64,000 nt of DNA from Octopus sinensis (GCF_006345805.1 NC_042998.1:88040001-88104000), one strand, 5' to 3'. Shown: positions 1 through 13,646, numbered from the stretch's first letter. The notes: generated by a model not told the origin, from the sequence alone. Translations and numbers: made by a program.

Positions 1-220
1 GTGCGTTGTTTTAGAGACAACATCATGTCACATTGGGGAATTAGTATCTTGATAACATTTTGGGATGACTGCGGATCACATGTGTGATGTCTTCCAAAGA
101 AATGACATAATCCACATTTTCGGTTGCATTTTGGAGCCCCAAGGACTTCACTGTCTCTTTTGTTTATGAAGTATTTTGTTGTTGTTTCCTTGTCTTGAAT
201 TGCAAACGCATAGCCTTCGA

Positions 221-290
221 AGTATGTATGTATGTATGTATGTATGTATATATGTATGTATGTATGTATGCATGCATGTATGTATGTATG
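221..290. repeat. (ATGT)n microsatellite
   Basis: Seen directly. Confidence 0.95.
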
Positions 291-999
291 TCTGTTGGGG
301 CGTCATTTCCCAAGCTTCCTTCAGTCTTGCCTAGTTTGAGAACGAAATTTCTAGATAACATTCACCTCATTGCGAAGCTGGAGATCTTGCTTCTTTCTAG
401 ACAACTTGGGTTTGTAAGCTGTTACCGACTTTAAATTCCAGCACGAGTATTACTAACAGTCATAGGGTTTAACATCTTGAAAGATGATAATTTGTCTGTG
501 ATTGACATATTCGTCTAGCGAGATGGCTACAATGTATGTATATTTGCATATATCTATGTATGAACGCTCATCTGCTCCATCTATATCATTAGAAATACTG
601 CTACTGCATAAGGTATCACCTTCCGTCTAGGTTTCGCTTGCCAGCCAAGACAATGGACAAGGGAGTATCCTGGAACTACTGTTGCCCCTAGTGAAATGGA
701 TAAAATTAATCCAGGTTATGATCATTGCAGAGGTAGTAAGCAGTTGCTGACCAGTAGGTTTAATAAGATATTAAGTAGATACAATTAAAAGACGTGTTAA
801 TATAGGAATCTGCATCCACATGTAGTTGTATAGTATGGCTTGCTCACTTGCTCACTTGAAGGTACTACAGCTACCTTTTCTTTACATCCTAGCTTGAGAT
901 GAATGAGATAGATAAAGTGTAAATGTCTTCCTAAGAAAACAGAACCGTTGGTTTGAAGGTTCGAAAGCAAATCATATACCCAGCATCAGAAACGGGCGT

Positions 1000-1375
1000 G
1001 CTATAACAAAGGCGAAAACTAGAATAGAAATATTCAATAATTCAGGCGATATTATCAAAGACCAAATCTACAGTCAAGATACAAAGATATGAAAGAACAA
1101 AAACCTACAAGTAGAATTACAAGAAGGTAATTTCAAGATCAATGATAATTTCAAACACGAAATCAGCAACATGCCTGCAAATACAACAGAAATATATCAA
1201 TGTTGAAAGTTTATTAACACTAAACTCCCACACAGCACGGAAGCAACATCAGAATCTATGGATGGCTCATCTGATATGGATACTCATGTAAATATAACAA
1301 ACGAGCAAATAGAAAGTGCAATGAAAAGAGTTGAAAACGGTAATGCCCCCAGTTTACCTGACATCAGTATTTCAA
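1000..1375 (+). mobile_element. Decayed LINE ORF2 fragment (pre-RT linker)
   Basis: Translates in part as NITNEQIESAMKRVENGNAPSLPDI, resembling the LINE IxxxEvxxAixxmKxgKAPGxDgI motif; stops and frameshifts present. Confidence 0.55.
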
Positions 1376-2269
1376 GTCGTACATTCCATTCTATTTTAAT
1401 TCTTCGTTAATTGTTCACAATTTTAAGTAGGCTCCGTTGAAGAGAAAAATTACCACGCCGGTATTTATTGCAGTTTTTATATATTTTTATTAACCCTTAT
1501 CGCTCATATTTACATGTGTACATATAATTAATTTTATGGAACAACGGTCATGAAAACAAACATATTAGCAATCTTGTGTAATACAACATGCTAGATTATA
1601 TAATGAAAGTAGTTCAGAGTTACTGAAGATGAAATAAGTAGAAGAAATTAATACTATTGCACATAATCATTGCGCGTAATTCAGCACTACAATTCGAGGC
1701 ATGTGCTTTTGTCAAATATGACATAAGCATGTTAAGTAAGACGAAGTCAAATCGGATGAGAGACCAACAAACTGAACAAAGTGACGTAGTTTCGTGTGGA
1801 ATGGTAGGCTGCTTTTTTTTAGGTTGATTTTACCGACTTTTTATAACTATGAGCCAAATTTTCCAGAATCTTCGATCAAGCAACTTGGCGGGGAAAACTC
1901 GCTCACTTCTTTGAAATTCGTCGTATCATCCATAACAAGTCAGCCAGTACTGATTGATCAAGTCATATGTGCGTAGGCATTAATACCTTTTATGGTAACA
2001 CGTTGCCTTTTATGGCGATATGGTTGGTCATGGTTTTGAGCTGGGAAAATTTGAGAGTGGTGGTTCAAAATTCAGCGGAAGCTTATCTACACTATCAAAC
2101 ATAATATGGAAAATAGAAAAGAGAACAAATGACTGGGCTGACATATAAGTAACATCATTATTTATAAGGAATGATAAACCAGAATCCCGAAAACCATTTG
2201 ATTTCTCTCATGTTGATGCTATGAATGAACAGTAAAACCGAAGAAACGACAGAATGAAAAGGGAAACAT

Positions 2270-2480
2270 GGAAACTGCTTGAAAGTTAAATTTGTTTGTT
2301 GAGGCGAGCTGCCGCCATTATTGTCGACCAAATGACTAAACACAAAAGTGACCTTACATTTCAATTTCATCAATGTAAAGCTGCCTTCGACACAATCTAG
2401 CGGACGATGGTGGCAACTGTAAGTATAGACCAAAATGTAATGCAAATTATAGAAGGTGGTACAACAATACTGGATGTAGT
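2270..2480 (+). mobile_element. Decayed LINE RT fragment
   Basis: ttcatcaatgtaaagctgccttcgacacaatc reads FINV/KAAFDTI across one frameshift, like the RT motif FIDxxKAFDxI. Probably the same element as 1000-1375. Confidence 0.5.
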
Positions 2481-3327
2481 ATAGTCTACGGTGGTTTCTT
2501 GGTAGATTGGTTTGAAATATGAGTAATTCTGAAACAAAGTTGCTTTCTATCTTTCACCTTTTTAAACATTTTCCAGGAATTGGGGGCATGAAAAACTGAA
2601 AGGTTTGATAAAAGTGTAACACTTACAAGTGACCTCTCCATAGATATTAGATATACTAACGGCACGGTCCTTATATCTATGATTTTTTACAAATTCAAAA
2701 TGTCTACTGAACAAAGCATGTATAAAGTGAGGTATGAAAATAAAGAACGTGAAGTGCAAGAGTCTATCCCCTAGATAGGAAAGGATTGTATTTTTCGGCA
2801 GCATACATGAGAAGTAATGAAAAAGAAATGATCTCACTGGCATATACAGTGTTTCGAAGACAAAGAAACGCAATCTCAAAGAGGCGTGATATCAGGAAGC
2901 AACTCAAAATTATGTTGTACAACGTTTTCCTTGTAATGTCCCAATCGCAGCATACACACTGCTAACGTAAATATTAAAACCTGAAAATAAACGCAAGACT
3001 AGAGGTTAATGCAAAATAGTTTCATGGCTGTGCACTTGGAATATCATGGCGAGGCAGACTTCAAAATGTTTATTTTAAAAATATCTCTTCGCATGACACA
3101 CACCACTGACGAAGTATGAAGGAAGAGACTGAAATGGTTTTACTATGTAATAAGTAAGCTATCAGTAGATGCGTAACACTACCGTTCCACCAACACCCCC
3201 CACCCACCCACCCAACCTCTAATGCCCGGATCATGTGATTGACCGCCTGAGATATGAACCCCTGATCCGTGAAGACGCAGTTATCCCTCGTAACGTCGTA
3301 GCCAGATCATTCAGTAACAAAAGAAAA

Positions 3328-3440
3328 GTGGTGGTGGTGGTGGTGGTGGTAGCGGTGGTGTGTGTATGTATGTGTTAACAGTTTCAGCAGTAACATCAAT
3401 GCGAATCAGACCATTAATACACTTTTAACTTCTGCGATAG

Positions 3441-3480
<40 letters not shown>
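3328..3480. repeat. (GTG)n and (TAG)n microsatellites
   Basis: Seen directly. A GA-rich tract follows at ~3655-3770. Confidence 0.9.
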
Positions 3481-3996
3481 CTGAAAAAGGTGAAATAACT
3501 TCAGTTTTCTATTTTCTATTACAGTGAATAAATTAGGTTGTACATTTTATATCTTGCATATATTATGTTGATATCTGCTGCTTTAATGTCATAGAACTCT
3601 CGTTCCTATCAAATGACAGGAAAGCCGGTAAACTGATACACGGGCATATAGATAGATAAACAGAGAGAGAGTGAGAGAGACAAAGAGAGAAAGAGAAAGA
3701 GAGAGAAAGAGGGAAGGAAAGAGAGAGAAAGAGGGAAGGAGAGAGAGAGAAAGAGAAAGAGAGAAACGGCTAGATATATGAACTGACATGCAGGCAGGAA
3801 GATAGATAAAGAGGAGTAAATGGGTTTGGTGGAGAACACAACCTATATAAAACTAATATTACATAGCAAGCTTTGCGATGGACAGTCTAAGGGAGATGCA
3901 GACATAGCAGACCAAAAACAACATGGAGCAAGTCAAGGGAGATTGAAATAGGAAGAAACACATGCTGCATAAATATTGGTTCATGATCCCTAAAGC

Positions 3997-5080
3997 ATCA
4001 TCATCATTATCATCGTTTAATGTCCGCTTTCCATGCTAGCGTAGGTTGGACGGTTTAATCGAGGACTGGCAAGCCAGAGAGTGAGACAGGCGCCAATCTG
4101 ATCTGAAGAGATCGGTCATGATTACGATCTCACTTGGCTTGTTGGGTCTTCTCAAGCGCAGCATATCTCCAAAGGTCCCAGTCGCTTGTCATTTCCTCTG
4201 TGAGGCCCAACATTCGATGGTTGTACTTCACCACCTCATCCCAGGTCTTCCCGGGTCTCCCTCTTCCACAGGTTCCCTCCACTGTTAGGGTGTGAAACAG
4301 TTGTCCTCAACCATACGCAACACATGACCATACCAGCACAGTCATCTCTCTTGCATACCATATCTGATGCTTCTTTTTTCAACTTTTTTCCTCGAGATGC
4401 TTACACTTTATTGTGTATGTACACTGACATTACATATCAAGCAAAGCATACTAGCTTCATTTCTTTCAAGCCTACACATGTCCTCAGTAGTCATGGCCCA
4501 TGTGTCACTGCCGTGTAGCATGGCTGTTTGCACACAGGCATCATACAGTCTACCTTTTACTCTGAGCAAGAGGCCCTTTGTTACCAGCAAAGGTAGGAGC
4601 TCTCTGAACTTTGCCCTCTCTATTCTTATTCTTGCAGCTATACTCTCAGAGCACTCACCCCAGCCACTGACTTGGTCCCTTAGGTAATGGAAGCTATCAA
4701 CAACTAGTTTTTCCCCCTGGCATGTGATGTTTATTTCCCCTGTGCATCTGCCACACACAAAAACTATCTTTCCAGTTAACCTTCCTTTGATACTGCTGCA
4801 CCTCTTATGTGTCCATAGATCACACTGGGTACATTTTATGGAGTTTCCACCTATGCCTTTTCTACAGATCAAGCAGGGCCATTTACATGAAGGGATTTGT
4901 GATTTGTCTGCCTTCCTACTTACTATGACTTTTGTTTTTGCTAGGTTAATTCTAAAGCCCTTCGATTCTAAACCTTGCTTCTACACCTGAAACTTCTATA
5001 GTTCTGGTAGTGACTCTGCTATTAGAGAAAGGTCATCTGCATAGTGGAGCTCCAAGGGGCATCCTGTCTTGAATTGGCAG
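3997..5080 (-). mobile_element. 5'-truncated RTEX-like LINE (RT C-terminal half with embedded PHD finger, 3' tail)
   Basis: Minus strand reads GCPLELHYADDL, GFRINLAKTKV, a C4HC3 finger, VVDSFHYL, RIRIERAKFRELLPLL and LHGSDTWA. Ends in the (GAT)n tail at ~3997-4015. Confidence 0.88.
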
Positions 5081-5936
5081 CCTTAATATGTTAGTGTTAA
5101 ACAAAATGTTTAATTAATCAGCACACTCTGTGGCCTTCAAATCAACTAAACCGTTTTACTGGCTAACAAAGAATTTCTAAATGTGATGATTTAATGGTGG
5201 CCCAGGAAACAGGCTGGGTTTTTTTCTTGAATAACATATAGCTTTTGGAATTAGATTATTGGCTTGGTGGTTAGGGTGTTGCACTTGCAACCACAAAATC
5301 ATGGTTTTGATTCCCATTTCAGCTGTGCATTCATTTCATGTGCCTCTCGGTCCACTTAGCTGTAAGTGTGTAACCCTGCAACAAACCAACATTCTGTTCG
5401 GTACAAATGTTAACCTCCCTTCATTAGCCTGTAGGATGGCTTCAGTTGAAAGTTATGACAATGTAAGGAAGTGTGTTGTGACCAGTAGCATATAACATCT
5501 AATAGTCTGATTGATACAGTGATATTTTGAGACATTTTATTTTTTCATATCTACTCAGATCATTGCTATTTAATCCTTATAACTCTTGACATTTTCTGCT
5601 ATGCTTGTACTTCTTTACCATCTATGACATAATGATGAACTATCTTAACAGATGGCATAGGAATATACCAGGTATACTTTGGTTGTCATATAGGTATGCA
5701 ATGGGCAGTAAGTCAAATTTGTGTTGTTTATTCATGTAGTGAACTTTATGATTGATTGAACAAAAATTGATAATTAATGGGATTTCGCTGTAGTTAAGAT
5801 ATGGAGAAAACAAAGAGATCCTTACTGACTTCTAATAACTGGGTTTACAGCAAGGGAAAAATACAAAATTGATAAAAACTGATAAAAGATGGAATCTGCC
5901 AAATTCAAAAAATTAGATATGCAAAAGAAAATCATC

Positions 5937-6400
5937 GTGATCATCATTTAATGTCTGTTTTCCATGCTGGTATGGGTTGGACAGTTTGACTGAAAGCTGG
6001 GGAGCTGCACCAGGTTTCAATCTGATTTGGTGTGTTTTCTACAAGTGGTTGCTTTTCCTAATACCAACCACTCCAAGAGTGTAGTGAGTGCTTTTTATGT
6101 GCTACTGGCACAAGTACCAGTTACATAGATCACGACTGTGATCTCACTTAGCTTACGGTTCTTCTCAAGTACAGTATATCACTGAAGGTTCTAGTCCCTT
6201 GTCACTGCCACTGTGAGGCCCAACATTCAAAGGGTGCTTTATACATGTCACTGGCACAGGTGTCAGTTATTTGATACTAACATCAGCCACAATGATTTAA
6301 CTTGGCTTAATGGGTCTTCTTAAGCTTGACATATTGCTTAACATTTGAAGGGTGCTATTTACGTGTCACTGTCACAGGTGCCAGTTACACTTGTCATTGC
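5937..6400 (-). mobile_element. RTEX-tail-derived repeat
   Basis: catcatttaatgtctgttttccatgctgg... is the same 3'-tail family as at 3997. Confidence 0.75.
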
Positions 6401-7449
6401 CTCCATGAAGTCCAAGACTAATTTGGAACCAGTATCCAAAATTGCATTCAGATAAAGATAATTTAATATCTGATAGAAAAGAAAAAAGAGGTTTGCTTTC
6501 TTGAGCAGTTTGAGTGCTTTTCAAAGATGGGAGAATACCTATTTGTATATTGAGTCTAGAAACAGTTGCTAAACAGCCTAGTGACAATAAAGAATGTTAA
6601 ACTGCAGAAGGTTTGGTTAACTTGAAGCAATTCTATGAAAAACTACATTGCATTTTTATCACTCCAAGTTGATTTATTACTAAAAACTAATCCTTGTTTG
6701 TATGTCCAGGATCCATGGGGCAGCAAGAAAACTTGTTCTTGGTACTAGATGAAACTGTGTCAGGACTCAGACGTTTAAGATTCTGATGATGTGATTGTTT
6801 ATTTTTTAAGAATAACATTATAGGGTAGGTATGAGAAGCCTGATTTGTTTTCTTTGAACATAAAGCAGGTAGAGTATTTGGACTGGAAATGGTTGGTTTA
6901 AATGCTAAGGAGCTGTGACTTAATTCAGAACCAGTAATATATTGAGGTCAGTTAAATTCATTGAACCTCTATTCTTAATTTAGCTTCAAACTAATTTTGA
7001 AAGCAATATTATTCGTTAAAACATTTTGTTAATTGCATATAAATATTTTTATTGCTAACTTGTTGACTACTATGTTATATCAGCTTAGTTACTTGACTTT
7101 TATTATTACAATGCTGTAAATAAGCTTTCTAGGAAAAAGACCCATAAACCTGTAACAATTGAACACAGTCTAATTTATAGCTTTGCATGGTTTTATTAGT
7201 ATTTAGTAGCAGCTTTATGGTAAAGTTGCAATGTACTGGCTTTATAATTGTGTCAAAAGTCTCTTACAGTAATATTTGCTTGGGTTATGAATGTTAAGTA
7301 TACACTGCTTCCTGAGATTAAAATTATGTGATGCATGCAAGATGTAATATGGGAATATATATTTAGATGAATTGGAAAATTGTTACTTACAACAAGGAAA
7401 TGAAATTTTGTTTTACAGAAATTTTGGTTGGGTAACTGCAACTAAAATT

Positions 7450-7790
7450 ATTACAGTGGTTAGAGTGTCGAGCTTACGATTGTGAGGTTGTGAGTTCAAT
7501 TCCTGGACCAGGCTGCATGTTGTTTTCTTCAGTCAAACATTTTATTTCATGTTGCTCCAGTTCATTCAGTTGTAGAAATGAGTTGTGATGTCACTGGTAC
7601 CAAACTGTATTGGTCTTTGCCTTTCCCTTGGATAACATCAGTGGTATATAGAGAGGAGGCTGGTATACATGGGCGACTGCTGGTCTTCTATAAAAGCAAC
7701 CCTAGGTTGTGCATTTGCCAGTGAGACGACTTTCCGCCCAGACTTGTACCCAGACTAGTCATTCATGACTGACAGAGTCGTGTTCTGAGA
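7450..7790 (+). mobile_element. tRNA-derived SINE family C
   Basis: gtggttagagtgtcg...gttgtgagttcaattcctgg head. Reverse-oriented homologue at ~39495-39830; related heads at ~5255-5530, 13290-13550, 42960-43240 and 57810-58060. Confidence 0.7.
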
Positions 7791-8136
7791 GAAGTCAACA
7801 AAGTAAATAATATTGTACTACACTCATATACATACTTAATAGATGCCTTCATTGCAGTAGATTGAAAAGACAAAAATTTCAATCCACTTTTTCTGAATTC
7901 TCCTACTTGCAGCTTTTCTTTAAGTAGCCCCTTTCAGTCAAAGTTATTACTATCACTGCCTGCCTAACTTGAAACTACACTCAAACATCATGCACCATAT
8001 TAATAATTGAACTTTATAATCCTTATCCATTATCTTTATCATTTCATATACATCACACCATGTAAAAAAAAAACAAGCAGTAACCTCTTCCTGCCTTATT
8101 TATTAAATATTTCATTACCTTATACACTGATGTAAT

Positions 8137-8430
8137 CATCATCATCATCATTGTTTAACGTCCACTTTCCATGCTAGCATGGGTTGGACGATTTGACTGA
8201 GGACTGACGAACCAGATCGCTGCACCAGGCTCCAATCTGATCTGGCAGAGTTTCTACAGCTGGATGCCCTTCCTAATGCCAACCACTAGTGGGTGCTTTT
8301 ATGTTCCACCGGCTTGAGGGCCAGTCAGGCGGTACTGGCAATGACCACACTCAAGTGGTGTTTTTTATGTGCCACCTGTACAGGAGCCAGTCCAGTGGCA
8401 CTGGCAGCAACCTCACTTGAATGTTTTTAA
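8137..8430 (-). mobile_element. RTEX-tail-derived repeat
   Basis: (CAT)n-gtttaacgtccactttccatgctagcatgggttggacg...ggatgcccttcctaatgccaacc. Confidence 0.8.
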
Positions 8431-9019
8431 AATAGGGTGTTTGGTAAGAAACATGATATATACTTGCTGTAAAGTTAAACTCTCTATGCAATTAATCTAA
8501 TACAATTTCCCATCTCACCATTGTTGTCCAGATAATAAAATATATAAGAGAGTGAATTATTTGACTTTTTATAGCAGTTGTATTATAGCAAAACAGTTAT
8601 AATGTAATAAAAAAGTATTTTCTTATATAAGATCTTACCTACCTTCCCTCTACAACAATATTCTCACTATTATGACTATCATTTTGTCTCTGTTCTATCA
8701 CTTCTACTGTTAGTATTACGAACTCCACCATTTTGAATTAAACCAAATTGATGCATACACTTATCCTCCCATATTTGCATACTATGCCTAGCAGCCCTAG
8801 TACCCTGTCTATCTAAATACTTTCACTAATTACTTGCCATTAATGATTAGAGAAAACTAGTTGTCTTGAGATGACCCACCCATGTCAGCAAGACTGAGTT
8901 CTAGAAGCGCTGTGTGTCCCACCCACACTTAACAAGAAAATTTCCCACACACACTACCACAACAAACCAAACTACATCTCTTCATCTCTTCTCTTCTTTG
9001 CATTTCAACTTCATGCACT

Positions 9020-9718
9020 ATGCTTACCTCCCACTCCCTAATCCTGTCTTCTTGGCCCTATGCCACCGTATCATTGCTCTCCGCTAGCTTCCAACCTGGG
9101 TGTTCCACTCCCGCCCTGTCTTACTGTATTACTTTGCCACCATCTCTATCCTGTTGTCCTCCACTCTCACTATCTCTCTCTCTCCTGCATTTCCCTCAGG
9201 TTGGGTAATGATGTATTTCCTTTGTGGCAGCACACCTGCTTCTGTCTTCATTCCTGATCACTCTCTCCCTCCCTCTCTCTTTCTCTCTCACTTTCACTGG
9301 GTAACTTTGTACCTCCTCTACAGCAAGACACCTGTTTCTTTCATCATCTGACACAAGATCACCTCCTCCAATGCTCCCTCCCCATCTCAAAAGAGATATT
9401 TTGTCTTGCAAGTACTTGGTGACCCCATCAGTGCAGGTGCCACTTAAAAGCACCCAGTCCACACTGTAAGGTGGTTAGTGTTTGGAAGGGCATCCAGCTG
9501 TAAAAACCTTGCCAAAACTGACCTCACTTGTGCTTGTGCCAAGTAAAATGTACTAAGTCCACTCTGCTGAGTACTTGGTGTTAGGAAGGGCATTCAGCTG
9601 TAAAAACCCTGTCAAAACAGTTACAGAAGTCTGGTGCAGGCTTCTGCCTGACTGGCTCCTGTCAAACTGTCCCACCCATGCCAACATGAAAGGCAGACAG
9701 TAAATGATGATGATGTTG
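9020..9718 (+). mobile_element. Non-autonomous retroelement with pyrimidine-rich body and RTEX-type tail
   Basis: Ends ...gaagggcatccagctg...cccatgccaacatgaaaggcagacagtaaatgatgatgatg; the ggcatccagctgtaaaaacc segment is internally duplicated. Confidence 0.6.
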
Positions 9719-11165
9719 AGATGAGTTGTACAATTTCCTGTACAAACTGGAATTATAATTTAAAGTCTATGAATATTTAAATCAGTCAGATCTGGCTCAA
9801 ATATCCTACCTGTTTTATGTTTAAACTGGACAGATCCAGCCACTTACATCCATCCTACAATGTCATTCTAAAACCAAGCAGTTGTACCAACAAAATCTCG
9901 AATGACTAATTCAAAACAATGTGAATAAATAAGCATTATATTTGACAGAGTAATCTGAATGCTAAAGGATTAAATAATCTTACTAGATCTCTCTTGTCTA
10001 TTTTTCACTCTGGTACTAAACCTTCCAGAAATCACTCTCTGCATTAACCCAGTCAGTCCAACTCACACTGCTGGAAGACTTAGAAAAGGTAGTACACATC
10101 CTGAAACAGTTTCATTTCTTTCACCTCTACTCATGTAAGAAATAATTTTTACATTGGATGGATATGTGTCCTCATCTTGTTTATTCTTACCACAACATTT
10201 CAGCTTCATCAGGTGTCCTAGTAGAATTTTGAACCCAACCCTGGGTTCTCATTCCTAAGGTATTTTTTTGTTGGTGTCATTATTTAGTCAAGGAACTGCC
10301 TGGAACTGAACTTAGAATCAGTAGCCTGTGCTCTTAACTATTATGCTATATGCCCATGAGCAATTATAGAGTGAATTTTAGGGCTTATAAACCTATTATT
10401 TTTGTATCCTTCCTTAATACTGGTTCCCACATAAAACAGTGAAATCATTTTTCTACAATAAATGATTTCAGTGTAAATCTATCAAAAGCTTTCAACTATT
10501 ACATCTGTTTTTTAAAATGCTTAAGATAAATATAATTAATTAGATAACATGTTCACAGCTGTGCTCTTGTATATAAAATATTCATAGATTCTGAAATCAT
10601 TAAATCTATTTCACACACATATAATGGATTCATAAAATTTTAATTATAAATGTGTTTTATATAGAACATTGCATGACATTTGTTTTTAGTTTTCTTCAAT
10701 TGTTAATGTTGAAATGTAAAACAATGAGGATGTTGTATGTGAATATTCCCTTTTATGCACTTTTTACATGTGCTTTATTCTGTAGAGTTATTATTAAGAA
10801 ACCAAATAAACGTTTTCTATACAAATTTTATAAGTGAAATGAGACAATTGGAAGACAGATGACAAGCTGTTCAATATTTTGTCGACGGTTTTATTCTTTT
10901 AAAATCAAACCTCAAATAGCACTCCTGCCAACTGAGATTGATAAAAATATAAAGCATATTCTTGTCATAAATTCAATTAACATCATATGTGTGTGTGTCT
11001 GTGTGTATATGTGCGTGTATGCGTATATGTGTGTGTGCATTATTGTTTTTATTTTTCTGTCTTGTTATTTATAAAATGAATTTAACATTAGCCTGAAAGG
11101 TTATTCAGTATTTTTTAATAGAATTCATGTTTATTATACTTTTAAAAGAAAACGTAAAAGACAAT

Positions 11166-11394
11166 ATTCTTACTCTTTTACTCTCTTTTACTTGTTTCAG
11201 TCATTTAACTGCAGCCATGCTGGAGCACCACCTTTAGTTGAGTAAATTGACTCCAGGACTTATTCTTTGTAAGCCTAGTACTTATTCTATTGGTCTCTTT
11301 TGTTGAACAGTTAAGTTACAGGGATGTAAACATACCAGCATCGGTTGTCAAGCGATGTTGGGGAGACAAACACACACACATATACATATATATA

Positions 11395-11449
<55 letters not shown>

Positions 11450-11588
11450 TACAACGGGCTTCTTTCAGTTTCCGTCTACCAGATCCACTCACAAGGCTTT
11501 GGTAGGCCCAAGGTGCCACACAGTGGGACTGAACCTGGAACCATGTAGTTGGTAAGCAAATTACTTACCACACAGCCACTACAGCACC
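11166..11588 (-). mobile_element. tRNA-derived CORE-like SINE (family A)
   Basis: On minus: tRNA-like head with A/B boxes (GTGGTAAG...GGTTCAGTCC), ccttgggc CORE-like segment, internal (AT)n and a (AAAAGAGT)n tail. Confidence 0.85.
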
Positions 11589-11746
11589 AATGAAGGAAAG
11601 CAAGCCAAAACTTTGAAGTCACTGTCAACATTTCCTTGTAAAAGTTTAATCAGTATATGTACTCTGCATGCACACACACACACACACACACACGGGCATG
11701 TACACACAAGCTCACATTCATAAGATCATACTTAAAATATTTAATA

Positions 11747-12123
11747 CTAGCAGTATCGCCCGGCGTTGCTCGGGTTTGTAAGGGAAATAACTATAAAGCA
11801 TTTTTAGAGAGTTATAGCCCAAAAATAGCAAAAAAATGATGGTAAATTTTTTTTTGAGAGTTAAAAAGGTCGAGTTGCGTCCCCTAGACAGTCTGTGGTT
11901 TGTGTTTCTGATTCTCGACCCCATGTCGAATTTATCGATTTTTTTTCAGAACTGGGGGAACTTTTCAAAATTTTCGCTGCGTTAGTTTTGAATTATGACA
12001 TTGGGCTATATGTGTGTGTCAAGTTTCATCAGAATCGGTTGAAAGCCGTGGTCAGGGTGAGGGTACAACCTAACAGACACACAGACACGCAGACAGACAA
12101 ACTGCCGTTTATATAGAGAGAGA
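11747..12123 (-). mobile_element. Non-autonomous Helitron (Lep1-like architecture)
   Basis: On minus it starts TC (12123), carries a microsatellite near the 5' end, has a GC-rich hairpin (CCCG..CGGG) before a terminal CTAG (11747), and sits in an A|T target with no TSD. Confidence 0.8.
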
Positions 12124-12419
12124 TAACTGTAGTAGGATTTGTAGATGAGCAGAACTGTCAGAAAGTCAAGCATGGTGATACCTTGTGGTATCTGTTCCAG
12201 TTTTGTGTTTTGTATCCTGGCAGCAATGTCTGTGACAACATTGTATTAGCCCAAGCTGTATTAGACTGGCAGCCTTTCACTTGGATAAACATTAGTAGTA
12301 TGGAGAGTGGTGGCTACATGCATAAATAACCACCAGTCTTCCTCTCAAAAGAAATCTTACCCAGGTCCAGACATATACAGTTGATTAATCTTGACTGAAG
12401 ATCATCATTATCATCGTCA

Positions 12420-12790
12420 TTATTACATCTGCCTTAGTGAAGGCGGAGGTATTGCTTTCGGTTACGTTTGTTTGTTTGTTTGTCCATGGACAAGATATCT
12501 CAAGAACCACTGGATGGATTTAGATGAAACTTGCAGGGATATTTGGTCTCATGACTGGCACGAACTGATTAGAGTTGGGGATTGATCTGGTACTGGACAA
12601 GGATTCTGGATTATTTTTCCTGTTTTCCACTTAATTTTTGAGAGCAGTTGGATTCATTTTTAGTATTCTTGTTTGTGAAAGCAGTCAAGTTTATTTCAGA
12701 TATTCTCATTTTAAGAATAATCTCTGGTTAATCGTAGAGAGGACGTTGGTGCTGCCTTGGTGGAGGTGCACTCTCTGAGTGCTCTTGTTG
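12420..12790 (+). mobile_element. Helentron/HINE (DINE-1-like) non-autonomous element
   Basis: 5' palindrome atctgcc-ttagtga-aggcggaggt, then (TTTG)n, a second subterminal copy ccttggtggaggt and a 3' stem-loop GCACTC-tct-GAGTGC at 12768-12782. Confidence 0.7.
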
Positions 12791-13576
12791 TCATTTAATG
12801 TCATTCTTTTTTCCATATAGGTATGACTTGGGTTGTTCAAGAGGAACCAATGGTCCAGAGGAGTGCACTAAGCTCCAGTGTCTACTTTGGCAAGGTTTCT
12901 ACAACTGGCTGCCCTTCCTAGTGCCATCTACTTTACAGAGAATATTGGGTGTGCAACAGCATTAGTGAGGTCACCAAATGCTCACAAAAGAAGATCCCTT
13001 AACTGAGTGGGGTATAACCAAAGAGTATTAGTCTTTTAAAAACACATAACTTTGCTATGCAGTGAAACTCAAGAGATATATCCTAAGTTCTTGGCAACAA
13101 TGCACAAGCATTGAGTGTACTTTCAAGCTTTGCTCTGTTATTGCCAGAGCTAATTTAACTGTCCAGTGTTGCAGTACTGTGTTACACTAAAAAAGGGACA
13201 CCAACATTTGTAATGTTGTTTAGATCAAATGGAAAATGGTGTTATCTCTATGGAAGCTTATTTTAAGTTGTATCACTTGCAAAAGGGTGCAAGGCCTAGT
13301 GGTTTGGGTGTTGCACTCATGATCAAGAGATCATGATTTCAATTCCTGGAGTAGGTTGTGTATTGTGTTCTTGAGTAAAACACTTCATCTCATGTTGCTC
13401 TGCAATCACTTCGACACCTGATGTGTGGTACACTGTGCACCTGTTCAGGTAATGTTGATTTGATGGAAGGAGTGAGCTAATGCACAGCGCATACATTTAA
13501 CCATTATAAACAAATCATTTGTGTAGGCTGTTAGTAAGAAATAGCAGAACCATCTTTTTCAGTTTATGAAAGACTA

Positions 13577-13601
13577 CCATCATCATCATTATCACCATCA
13601 C

Positions 13602-13646
<45 letters not shown>
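13577..13646. repeat. (CAT)n microsatellite
   Basis: Seen directly. Confidence 0.95.

Noticed and set aside
3230-3310. tRNA-like sequence on the minus strand (B-box-like GGTTCATATC)
   Set aside because: No complete cloverleaf could be drawn; most likely a decayed SINE head or tRNA pseudogene.
5820-7315. Possible minus-strand exons (~5826-5895 SIFYQFLSILYFSLAVNPVIRS; ~7268-7311 GSSVYLTFITQANIT)
   Set aside because: Splice signals are plausible, but such short hydrophobic frames arise easily in T-rich DNA; no recognisable homology or consistent gene model.
10620-10850. 3' UTR-like AT-rich stretch with AATAAA at 10805-10810
   Set aside because: No upstream coding exon supports it, and AATAAA is frequent at this AT content.
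12800-12830. Pyrimidine tract plus TAG|GTATGA resembling a recursive splice site
   Set aside because: It lies in a decayed RTEX-tail copy, outside any supported gene.
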